64,000 bases of DNA from Clostridiales bacterium (GTDB lineage Bacteria > Bacillota > Desulfotomaculia > Desulfotomaculales > VENG01), in NCBI GenBank assembly GCA_021736985.1, contig JAIPEW010000009.1:11560-75559 (forward strand), written 5' to 3'. Position numbers and translations under genes: made by a program. This document shows, piece by piece, positions 28,408-37,384 of this stretch (positions are counted from its first letter, which is position 1; each line of letters starts with the position of its first letter). The notes below the pieces were generated by a model that searched no databases, had not been told where the DNA came from, and saw nothing but the letters and a program-made list of their open reading frames with translations.

Positions 28408-28455
28408 TTTTATTTTAAAATTGTTTAAACCCAAAATCCCCTTAAGATAAATAAA

Positions 28456-28478
28456 ATATCGCCGTAATACGGCGATAT
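28456..28478 (+). terminator. rho-independent terminator
   Basis: Stem ATATCGCCG / CGGCGATAT followed by a T-rich tail. Confidence 0.7.
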
Positions 28479-28573
28479 TTTATTTTGCAGAAGTATCTTT
28501 TATAATTATAGTTTTTTGATAAAATAAAAGGACAAGTTAATTTAAAAATATAAAAATAAAAGGTGAGTAAATT

Positions 28574-29350
28574 ATGAATGAGCAGAGACTCCGGCAAATG
28601 CTCTATGAACTGCAAAATAATAATATAGATCTAGATACTGCAGTTAACAAAATAAAAACATTCCCGTATGAAGACATTGACTTTGCGAAGTTGGATCATC
28701 ACCGTATACTTCGCAAGGGTTTCTCCGAAGTTATTTTTTGCCAGGGTAAGAGTCGTGAACATGTGGTGGAGATAGTAAAAAAATTAAACGGCAGTGGGGC
28801 CGGGGTTTTAGGGACCAGGGCAAGTAGGGATGTTTATGAAGCAGTACATGAAGAATTACCAGGGATAGATATAGAGTACTCGGAATTGGCGCGTACTCTT
28901 GTTATAAATGGTAAAAAAGTAGTTTCTGAAAAAGGTAATATACTGGTTATGAGTGCTGGAACGGCAGATCTATCGGTTGCAGAAGAAGCTGCTGTCAGTG
29001 CTGAATTTTTAGGCAATAAAGTACAGCGCATGTATGACGTTGGAGTAGCTGGGATTCATCGCCTCCTGGATAAGCTCGAGGTGATCCAACAGGCCCAGGT
29101 TATTATTGCAGCTGCAGGCATGGACGGTGCCCTGGCCAGTGTAGTCGGTGGACTGGTAGGGCAGCCTGTAATAGCTGTTCCTACTAGTATAGGTTATGGA
29201 GCAAGCTTTAATGGTCTTTCAGCCCTGTTGAGTATGTTAAACAGCTGTGCTTCCGGTGTAAGTGTAGTTAATATTGATAATGGTTTTGGAGCAGCGGCAA
29301 TGGCTAATTCTATAACCCAATTGGCTGCAGCTAAAGACAAATATTATTAA
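28574..29350 (+). CDS. larB: nickel-pincer cofactor biosynthesis protein LarB (PurE-like carboxylase/hydrolase)
   Basis: N-terminal LarB-specific region (DFAKLDHHRILRKGFSEVIFCQGK) plus a PurE-fold C-terminus (VMSAGTADLSVAEEA...AAAGMDGALASVVGG). Confidence 0.8.
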   Translation: MNEQRLRQMLYELQNNNIDLDTAVNKIKTFPYEDIDFAKLDHHRILRKGFSEVIFCQGKSREHVVEIVKKLNGSGAGVLGTRASRDVYEAVHEELPGIDIEYSELARTLVINGKKVVSEKGNILVMSAGTADLSVAEEAAVSAEFLGNKVQRMYDVGVAGIHRLLDKLEVIQQAQVIIAAAGMDGALASVVGGLVGQPVIAVPTSIGYGASFNGLSALLSMLNSCASGVSVVNIDNGFGAAAMANSITQLAAAKDKYY

Positions 29351-29670
29351 GAAAAATATAAAAAAAAGCCGCATTAGCGGCAAGTATTGTACATATTAAA
29401 AATAATTATCTATAATATTTATGGTAAAAAGGAGAAGGTGCTTAAATAAATAATAATATTATATTTTTAACTTGATATAATAAAACATTAAATGTTTTGT
29501 AAAACTATTTGCAGTTAAAATTTAAATATAAAAAATTATCAATCAATTAAGATATAAAGTTAAACAGTAATAAAGTTTGCAAAAATATTTAGAAATAAAG
29601 ATATAAAAGAATAAAATAATTTGTATAATATTCTCAACATAATGGATAAAATATGCCCGGGTGATAAAGT

Positions 29671-30165
29671 ATGATAATGGAAGGTTTAGTAGGACCACTT
29701 ACTTTTGCAGGTGGTATAGTAGTAACAATTTTATTGGTACCATGGGAAAGGATAAAAGAACTATCTCTTATTGGAGTAATTGGTGGCCTGGGCGTAGCTT
29801 TGTTATTAGTATATTTAATGCAAAATATCTTTGGATTATGGATGTTTCATGGTATTGACCTGGTTTATATTAATAAAATCCCCTTGTTTTTATCAGCAGC
29901 ATGGATACCCTTGATTGTTATATTCAGTCATTTGCTGGCCCAATATAAGCACTTTTGGCAGATAATCGCTATTTTGTTTTTATTTCCGGGTGCTTCAGCT
30001 TTCTTTCACTTGTTTTTTATTCTAAATGACATGTTAACTTATAATAATTGGAATTTGTTCCTTACTGGTTTAGTTTCACTAGGAATTCATCTTTCCATAA
30101 TGATTTACCTGTATAGTACAGGGAGGTTAGAAAATATATTGGATATTGCTGATTTTGACTATTAA
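29671..30165 (+). CDS. hypothetical integral membrane protein (5 predicted TM helices)
   Basis: Hydrophobic ORF only. No recognised motif. Confidence 0.5.
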   Translation: MIMEGLVGPLTFAGGIVVTILLVPWERIKELSLIGVIGGLGVALLLVYLMQNIFGLWMFHGIDLVYINKIPLFLSAAWIPLIVIFSHLLAQYKHFWQIIAILFLFPGASAFFHLFFILNDMLTYNNWNLFLTGLVSLGIHLSIMIYLYSTGRLENILDIADFDY

Positions 30166-30351
30166 GTACTTTCGATAGGATTATAGTACCAGGTAATTAG
30201 GTCTGCAGGCTTATTGTCTAAATTTGCATATTTTTGTAATATTAAAAGTGACAAGAGTTGCGGCCTATTGATCTTTTCATCCTCAATTAGTATATATTGT
30301 TTATTTTTATTAAAAAAAGGAGGTGAAACCTCCTTGATTGGTGTTTTTCCT

Positions 30352-30376
30352 TCCGGCCTTGCAGGCCGGATTTTTT
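30352..30376 (+). terminator. rho-independent terminator
   Basis: Stem TCCGGCC / GGCCGGA followed by T6. Confidence 0.65.
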
Positions 30377-30419
30377 ATACGGAGCATTTTACGGTTAAGG
30401 GGCCGTCTGTCAGCAAAAA

Positions 30420-30460
30420 GCATTAAAAAACCAGGATGATAAATCCTGGTTTTTTAATGC
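30420..30460. terminator. bidirectional terminator (perfect 17-bp stem)
   Basis: GCATTAAAAAACCAGGA-TGATAAA-TCCTGGTTTTTTAATGC. Confidence 0.75.
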
Positions 30461-30485
30461 TGTGTATTATATTTTAGATTTATTC

Positions 30486-31270
30486 TTATTGTATTGTTAA
30501 GTTTGCAGCAGCCCATGAAGCCAGGTCAGAGCGAACAGCGTCTTCTGATTTCAGGGTAATGTGTGCTGAATACTTGTAACTGCGCATGTATTTGACTGCA
30601 TAAGAAAGCCCGTTAGTCTGTGTATCAAGATAGGGGTTATCTATTTGAGGAACGGTCACCGGCAATTATTATTTTACTGCCTTCGCCAACTCTGGTTATT
30701 ATACTTCTTATTTGACTTGGAGTTAAGTTCTGGGCTTCATCAATAAAAATCCAATTGTTAGAAATAGATCGGCCCCGCATAAATGCAACGGCCTGCATAG
30801 TAATCATCTTGTTGACTAAAAAATGAATCCTTGAATTAACTGATTCCTGGTCATACCCGTTTTTCTTTTCTTCATCTGTAGTTATTAAATAGCGCAAATT
30901 ATCGTAGAACGGGCGCATATACGGGTCAATTTTATCTCTTTCACTGCCGGGCAGGAAGCCAAGATTTTCACCCATAGATATAGTAGGGCGGCAGGCCAGA
31001 AAATGATGATATACACTGTTTTCAACCCTGTTTAAGCCTGCAGCAAGTGCAAAAAGTGTTTTTCTAGTACCTGCAGAGCCGGAAATAGTTACACAAGTTG
31101 TTTCTTCATCGAGTAAACATTCTAACATGAGCTGCTAGCGCAGGTTTCTGGGGATGATACTGAAAGGTTTATAACGAAAGTAAAAAAACTGACAGGGTTT
31201 AAGAGTCAATTATCACCGTCAAAGTGAGCTTGCCCGACTAACAGATTGTTTGCAGTATTGTGCAGCAATT
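30486..31270 (-). pseudogene. PhoH-like ATPase (YlaK/PIN-PhoH type) pseudogene
   Basis: Walker A GSAGTRKT and DEAQN are present. In-frame TAG at 31135-31137 (IIPRNLR*QLMLE). A 1-nt frameshift near 30655 splits IIIAGD from (V)PQIDNPYLDTQTNGLSY. A further TAA lies upstream and no PIN domain is left. Confidence 0.8.
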
Positions 31271-31454
31271 CTTCTAGAATGCAGTCCTAAAATCTGCTAA
31301 AGGAGTATTGATAAGCCTGCTGTCCGATTTGAGACCTTCTTTACTGTTACATTTTAACTCACCCGCCGGGAAGGGGACTTCCCGGCGGGGATTATTTTTG
31401 TAGAACATCAATAGAACTATTGTTCTGTTGATGTTCCGCTGATATAATATGATT

Positions 31455-31625
31455 ATGAAGTACACTATTGATAAAGGTTGCCACTCTGTGTATTCATTGC
31501 GGTTCCACTATGTCTGTTGTATCAAATACCGACGCAAGGTGCTGACCCCGGAAGTAACAAAGTATCTGAAAAAAACCAACATAAAAATTGCCGGTAAGTT
31601 TGGAAGTCAACTTCAGCGCGGTTGA
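31455..31625 (+). pseudogene. tnpA: IS200-type Y1 transposase (TnpA) N-terminal fragment
   Basis: MKYTIDKGCHSVYSLRFHYVCCIKYRRKVLTPEV... ends at TGA 31623. The HUH region is missing. The C-terminal part (KKLWGGNFWSPSYFLSTVG) resumes in another frame at 31622. Confidence 0.7.
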
Positions 31626-31873
31626 TTTTCCGCGATTATCCGGAAGTCAAGAAAAAACTTTGGGGCGGTAACTTCTGGTCGCCAAGTTATTTCTTATCCA
31701 CCGTTGGGGAGGTAAAGCTGGAGGATGTTAAAAAATACGTCCAGTCCCAGAGAAAAAACGATAAACTGAAGCTGTCTAAGATTGGCCTGGTTAAGATAAA
31801 CCTGCACTGAAAGATATATGGTATTGTTAAGACTTGTACTATAAAGCGAGAACAGTCTGGTAAATGGTATGCT

Positions 31874-32374
31874 GTGCTAACGGTGGAAGAACCTTTAGTA
31901 CTATACTCTCCTAACTGCCAATCCATTGGCTTAGATGTAGGAGTGAAGGAGTTTGCCGTGCTTTCTAATGGCAATAAGATACTCAACCCCAAGCATCTAC
32001 AGAAGGCCGAGCGCAGACTCAAAACACTGCAGAAAAGCCTGACGCGTAAGCAGAAAGGTTCCCGGAACCGGGCTAAGGCCCGGGTAAAGTTGGCCCGCCA
32101 GCATGAAAAGGTACGCAACCAGCGCAAAAACTTCTACCATAAGGTATTCAGCCAGTTAGTTTGGCAATACGGTATGATTATAGTAGAAGACTTGTATATT
32201 AAAAAACTGGTCAAAAACCACAACCTGGCGAAGTGTATTTCTGACGTTGGGTGGGGTGAATTCATCTCAATGTTATCCTACAAGGCTGAAAGTGCCGGTA
32301 GGATACTGGTAAAGGTTCCTCCCCACAGGACAACTCAGGAGTGCAGCCGGTGTAGGAATATTGTTTTTGCATAA
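31874..32374 (+). pseudogene. tnpB: TnpB (IS605 OrfB, RuvC-like) internal fragment
   Basis: IGLDVGVKEFAVLSNG (RuvC D), IVEDLYIKKL (RuvC E), TTQECSRC. The N-terminus, the zinc-finger end and the last RuvC motif are missing. An upstream piece carries an in-frame TGA (KINLH*KIYG). Confidence 0.75.
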
Positions 32375-32506
32375 AAAATTGTGCCGCTGGGACGGCGGTC
32401 AAATGCCTGGGGAGCTAGGCTGCAAGAAGGGTCTATTACGAACCAGGAAGTCCTGCAACTTTGCTTTTGGAAGCCCCTTCCTGAGCGAAGCGAAGGGAGG
32501 GGTAGT

Positions 32507-32980
32507 TCACCCGTGTGTTGATTCTGTTGATTCTTTATTTTTAAAAAGCTTATTTGAATTCCTATAAATAACAAGAAATATAATATATGAAATACCTGCT
32601 GCCATTAAAGCATTGATTAAACTTCCCAGTAAGTAGGCAGGCCCGGCGTGAGCAAAGAAGTCTACGACTTTATCCCAAAAGGATAAGTCATATTCAAAGC
32701 CCTTGGGATGTTTTTCACTGGAAGAGATAAAAAGTGCTCCGGTCTTATAGTTCATAAGATAAATAAAGGGAGATACATAAGTCAGTAAAAGTGCTGGTAT
32801 TGTTGTAGCTAGAATACTTAGCCTTAGTAATTTAGCAAGCAACATACCTAGCGGCAGGTTTATACCTGGAAGGGGCATAAAGGCTAGCCAAAAGCCAAGT
32901 GCTATACTCCTTGCTAATTTGTGCGGAGAATCCTTTAAACTAATAACTTTCTGAAATTTATTTTTTATATTTTGTAGAAT
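32507..32980 (-). CDS. DUF2062-like membrane protein
   Basis: The first ATG is at 32878, but the frame is open 34 codons further (ILQNIKNKFQKVISLKDSPHKLARSIALGFWLAF), which is the conserved DUF2062 N-terminus. Only ATT/ATA codons follow the SD AAGGAG. Confidence 0.55.
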   Translation of the reverse strand: MLQNIKNKFQKVISLKDSPHKLARSIALGFWLAFMPLPGINLPLGMLLAKLLRLSILATTIPALLLTYVSPFIYLMNYKTGALFISSSEKHPKGFEYDLSFWDKVVDFFAHAGPAYLLGSLINALMAAGISYIIFLVIYRNSNKLFKNKESTESTHG

Positions 32981-33626
32981 TTTTATCTCTCCTTATTAAA
33001 CAATTAATTGTAAATAGATATGTAAAATATTTATTTAATGTTTACTAATTATATTCTATATGCTCTGACGTATTTTATCAAACCATTTCATTATTTAAGT
33101 TATTTTGAAAGATAATATTAAATAAAAAATAAACGCCCTCATTGGGGCGATTAAAATGAATATAAATTATTTAGGAAACGGAGGAGAGATCACCTCTCTC
33201 AACCACTTATATTTTACATATTACGACTGATTTCGTCAATTTATTTTTTGATTATGGAAATTATATCCTGTATTTACAATCTTAAAGCCTTCTTTTCCAT
33301 GAAGGTTGTGTGTGGAATAATAGATAGAGTGCTGCAGTATCACAGAGCACGCACACTAAAACATATTTTATGCTCACAGTAAAAAATACAAAGTCTCCTG
33401 AAGGAAACCACCGATCTTTCACTTGGCTGTAAGAAGAGTTTTCATACTCTGTTGTGAGCAAGAAGCTCGTGGAAGTTTATTTATAATATTTTAAGAAGCC
33501 AGGCCCTTTTTATCGGATCGTTTTTTAACTGGTGTATTTATTTTAAAAAATATTGGGAAACATAAAAAATATACCTCTAAAGGAGGATTTTTTTATCGTA
33601 AAGTATAATCATAAACTCTAACTAAG

Positions 33627-34949
33627 TTGAGTAAAAGGAAGAAAAAAATGTATAAAAATTTCTGTTTTATAATTTTGATATTTGTGACATTAATAGTATT
33701 TTGTCCGGCAACGGCAGAGGCAGCAGAAGAGGATATAGTTATATTAAATATAGACGGGCCCATAGTACCGGTAGTTGAGCGTTATGTAAACCGGGGATTG
33801 TCGCAGGCTGAAAAAATGAATGCCCGGGCCTGCGTCATTGCTTTGAATACTTCCGGAGGTCTGTACAGTACAACCCAGGGGATAGTCCAGGAGATAATGA
33901 ACTCGAATGTGCCGGTAATAGTTTATGTTTCTCCCTCCGGGGGGTGGGCAGGTTCGGCGGGCACCTTTATAACTATTTCTGCTCACGTAGCGGCGATGGC
34001 TCCAGGCAGTAGGATAGGTGCAGCTCATCCCGTGGGTAGTGGAGGACAAGAACTTTCCCCTGTTCAAAATAAAAAAATAACTGAAGATGCTGCTGCCTGG
34101 GCAAGAAGTATTGCACAAACCCGGAACCGCAACGTTGAAAAGGCAGCCCTGGCGGTTAATGAAAGCAAGTCTTTTACTGCCAGGGAAGCATTGGATGATA
34201 ATCTCATAGACTTGTATGTTCGAGATTTAAAAACATTGGTTACAGAGGTGCATGGAAGGCAGGTAACCCTGGGAAACGGGGAAAATTTACTTTTGAAGAC
34301 GGCCGGGGCGGGATTGCTGCAAGTAGAAATGACTTTTAAAGAGAAATTTTTATTTAAAGTTAGCAATCCTAATTTAATGTATTTACTGCTGATATTGGGA
34401 ATATTAGGACTGGTATTGGAGTTTAGTAATCCTGGTTTGTTTTTCCCGGGAATTATAGGAGGTATATCCCTTTTACTATCCCTGTATTCCGTTGGTACTC
34501 TTAATGCGTCGTGGAGTGGAGTCCTGTTAATAATGCTGGCTTTTGGCCTATTTTTAGCAGAAATCTTTTTAACCAGTTTCGGAATTTTGACCATAGGGGG
34601 AATTGCCAGCCTATTCTTTGGTTCTATGTTCCTATTCGGCCAGAATGCTCTTGGAATGCAGGTGAGTTTTGGTCTTATAGCCGTGGTGGTTTTATGTGTT
34701 ACAGCTATAATGCTTTTTGTTGTTTATGCAGTTATAAAGGCACACCGCAACAGGGTTGCTACCGGGTGGGAAAGTTTTGAAGGAAGCAAGGTAACAACTC
34801 TTACAAAATTAGACCCTAAGGGGAAAGTGTTATTTTTCGGTGAGCGCTGGAACGCTGTTTCTGAGGAAAATGTTTTAGAACCCGGTATAGAAGCGATAAT
34901 CATCAGGGTAGAAGGGTTAACCCTGTATGTAAAAAAGAAAAACGAATAA
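33627..34949 (+). CDS. NfeD-family membrane-bound ClpP-class serine protease
   Basis: N-terminal ClpP-like domain (SGGWAGSAGTFI), central TM bundle, C-terminal NfeD OB-fold. Paired with an SPFH gene. The start may be ATG 33648. Confidence 0.8.
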   Translation: MSKRKKKMYKNFCFIILIFVTLIVFCPATAEAAEEDIVILNIDGPIVPVVERYVNRGLSQAEKMNARACVIALNTSGGLYSTTQGIVQEIMNSNVPVIVYVSPSGGWAGSAGTFITISAHVAAMAPGSRIGAAHPVGSGGQELSPVQNKKITEDAAAWARSIAQTRNRNVEKAALAVNESKSFTAREALDDNLIDLYVRDLKTLVTEVHGRQVTLGNGENLLLKTAGAGLLQVEMTFKEKFLFKVSNPNLMYLLLILGILGLVLEFSNPGLFFPGIIGGISLLLSLYSVGTLNASWSGVLLIMLAFGLFLAEIFLTSFGILTIGGIASLFFGSMFLFGQNALGMQVSFGLIAVVVLCVTAIMLFVVYAVIKAHRNRVATGWESFEGSKVTTLTKLDPKGKVLFFGERWNAVSEENVLEPGIEAIIIRVEGLTLYVKKKNE

Positions 34950-34989
34950 TTACTAAAAATAGAAAACTGAATTTCGAAAGGATGGTTAA

Positions 34990-35757
34990 ATGTTTATAGC
35001 AATTTTTATTATACTGGCAATTGGAATTATGTTTTATGCTATTAAAATTGTACAGGAATATGAACGGGGAGTTATTTTCCGCCTGGGGCGTTTTGTTGGT
35101 GCGCGAGGGCCTGGATTTTTCTTTATTATTCCTGTAATAGAAAAAATGCAAAAGGTTGATTTGCGAACTTTTACGGCAGATGTGCCTATGCAGGAAGCTA
35201 TAACCAAGGATAATGTTACTGTGAAAGTAAACGCTGTAATTTATTTTAGAGTTGTGGACCCTGGGAATGCTGTGTTAAATGTGGTTGACCATTACCGGGC
35301 TACTTCGCAGTTGTCTCAGACAACTTTGCGGAGTGTTCTCGGGCAGTCAGACCTGGATGAGCTTTTGTCTCAGAGGGATGAAATAAACCAGCGTTTACAA
35401 GAAATAATTGATGAAGGTACGGAACCCTGGGGTATTAAAGTAAGCCTGGTGGAAATTAGGGATGTAGAACTACCGGAATCCTTGCAGCGCTCAATGGCGG
35501 CACAAGCCTCTGCAGAAAGAGACCGGAGGGCAAAAATAATTCACGCAGACGGTGAATACCAGGCTTCAGAAAAATTGGCCGAAGCAGCTGAGATTATGAG
35601 CAAGTACCCGGCAGCTATACAGCTTCGTTATTTGCAAACTCTGAGAGAAGTTTCCAGCAGTGATTCTAATACCATAGTATTCCCGTTTCCAATAGAATTG
35701 GGAAAAAGCCTTTCCAGTAGTTTAGAAAATTTAACAGGGCAGCAAGCAAAAGAATAA
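34990..35757 (+). CDS. SPFH/band-7 (stomatin-like) protein
   Basis: N-terminal TM, then [15 protein letters not shown]...DLRT...TKDNV...PWGIKV...AERDRRAKI. Confidence 0.85.
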   Translation: MFIAIFIILAIGIMFYAIKIVQEYERGVIFRLGRFVGARGPGFFFIIPVIEKMQKVDLRTFTADVPMQEAITKDNVTVKVNAVIYFRVVDPGNAVLNVVDHYRATSQLSQTTLRSVLGQSDLDELLSQRDEINQRLQEIIDEGTEPWGIKVSLVEIRDVELPESLQRSMAAQASAERDRRAKIIHADGEYQASEKLAEAAEIMSKYPAAIQLRYLQTLREVSSSDSNTIVFPFPIELGKSLSSSLENLTGQQAKE

Positions 35758-36501
35758 GAATATAATGCTGATAGCTATTACTTAAAAACTTAACTATATT
35801 ATGATACGAAATTAGCTGTTATTATTGATCAAAAAGGACTTAAGTCCTAGAAGAGCTAGTGTTTTAGTAGGTTTACAATTGAGTTAAAATTTTGGGAGAA
35901 TATAGGAAGAAGGTACTATTTTATAAAAAGAGGTCGAAAGTTAATCTAATTTGAAAGTAGCAGGGTAGATGTTACTCTGCTAAAATATATTTAACCTGGT
36001 TTTAGTATTTTGAAATATAATATGAGAATTGATAGTTGCCGTTTTGCCATATAATTTATGAATATAAAAAGCAGCTGCTTCCCGGGTGTTTTTAGTGTGA
36101 AGCAGCTAATCTACCTGTACTATATATGATTTCAAAAAACATATATAGCCAGTCAGGAGGCGATTTATAAGTTGATAAGAAGGTTATTACTGAAATTAGG
36201 TTTAACTAAGATGCATTCAGTGAAGAATACAAAAATAACTTCTATTCCCCCGCTAACAAAAGTAGAAATTCGCCAAAATATTGGTGAAAAATAGTTCTTG
36301 AATGAAAGGTCTTATTCATTTAATTTATTACCCAAAATGAATAGATATACGGCAACTAATGCTTATTCTCTTTATCAGGCCAATCTGTGCCTGTTTTTTT
36401 TATGATATTCATGATAAAATTTTTTTGAAAAAAATATTGATATATAAGTAAAATAACTTTTCAAATAAGAAAACAACAGTGCATTTAGAGGAGGCAAAAT
36501 T

Positions 36502-37278
36502 GTGTTTAAGATAGCCAGCTTTAATACCAACTCTGTACGAGCCAGGATGAAAATAATACTGGACTGGTTGGAGAAGGAAAGGCCAGATGCGCTTTGTTTG
36601 CAGGAAACTAAAGTAGAGGACAGTAAATTTCCTGCTGAAGATTTCTCAGCAGCCGGGTACAATTGTATATTTAAAGGACAGAAGTCATATAATGGGGTAG
36701 CAATTTTAAGTCCCCACCGGATTGAAGAATTTAATTATGAGCCTCTTGATTTTGAAGCGGCAGGGGAAGCACGGTTGTTAGCTGCCAGGATAAAAGGGGT
36801 AAACATAGTAAATTCTTATGTTCCCCAGGGGCGTGCTGTAGACAGTGATTTGTTTATTTATAAACTTAACTGGCTAAAAGGGATAAAGGAATTTTTCCAG
36901 AATAATTATGATCCTGGTGCTTATGTTGTTTGGGCAGGTGATTTTAATGTTGCACTGGAACCAATAGATGTTTATGCCCCGGAAAGGCTCTACGGTCGTG
37001 TTTGTTATCACCCGGAAGAGCACAAAGTAATGCAAAAAGTTAAAGAGTGGGGTTTTGTTGATGTTTTTAGACAGCATGTACAGGAAGAGGGACACTATAC
37101 TTTCTGGGATTACCGGGTCCCCAACGGGGTGAAAAGAAAAATGGGCTGGCGTATTGATCATATCTGGGCTGCAGAACCTCTGGCTTTACTTTCCAGCCGG
37201 GCATGGATTGACATGGAACCCAGGTTAAAAGAAAAGCCTTCTGATCACACTTTTATATCGGCTGAATTTAACATTTAG
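36502..37278 (+). CDS. xth: exodeoxyribonuclease III
   Basis: FNTNSVRARM..., LCLQETK, GDFN, SDHTF. Confidence 0.85.
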   Translation: MFKIASFNTNSVRARMKIILDWLEKERPDALCLQETKVEDSKFPAEDFSAAGYNCIFKGQKSYNGVAILSPHRIEEFNYEPLDFEAAGEARLLAARIKGVNIVNSYVPQGRAVDSDLFIYKLNWLKGIKEFFQNNYDPGAYVVWAGDFNVALEPIDVYAPERLYGRVCYHPEEHKVMQKVKEWGFVDVFRQHVQEEGHYTFWDYRVPNGVKRKMGWRIDHIWAAEPLALLSSRAWIDMEPRLKEKPSDHTFISAEFNI

Positions 37279-37384
37279 ATTATTTTTATTTTTAATACCG
37301 TGAACACATCTCTAACATAAATAATTCAAGTTATTACATTTGTATTGTTGGAGATTGGAAATATTAGTTTTAGAGGTGTTTAAG

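Larger units (their letters stand above)
31360..32525 (+). mobile_element. degenerate IS200/IS605-family element (tnpA and tnpB remnants)
   Basis: Left-end hairpin CCGCCGGGAAG-GGGA-CTTCCCGGCGG (31363-31389). Y1-transposase fragments, an internally deleted TnpB, and the typical TnpB 3' tail (GTAVKCLG...EPGSP...EAPS). Confidence 0.75.

Noticed and set aside
29386-29660. Very AT-rich 275-nt region with many short palindromes (for example AAAACATT-A-AATGTTTT), considered as a replication or regulatory element.
   Set aside because: Palindromes of this size are expected by chance at this AT content. There are no DnaA-box-like repeats or other organised pattern.
30214-30426. 70-aa ORF, and a possible 30-aa peptide from TTG 30334 after AAGGAGG.
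   Set aside because: The ORF start coincides with a -35 box and the frame reads through two terminator hairpins. The SD is sequestered in a hairpin. The region is treated as a possible sRNA instead.
31687-32127. 146-aa minus-strand ORF, and 32335-32574 (-) / 32361-32567 (+), in the IS remnant.
   Set aside because: They are antisense to, or overlap, recognisable TnpB-derived sequence and the IS right end. No independent coding signal.
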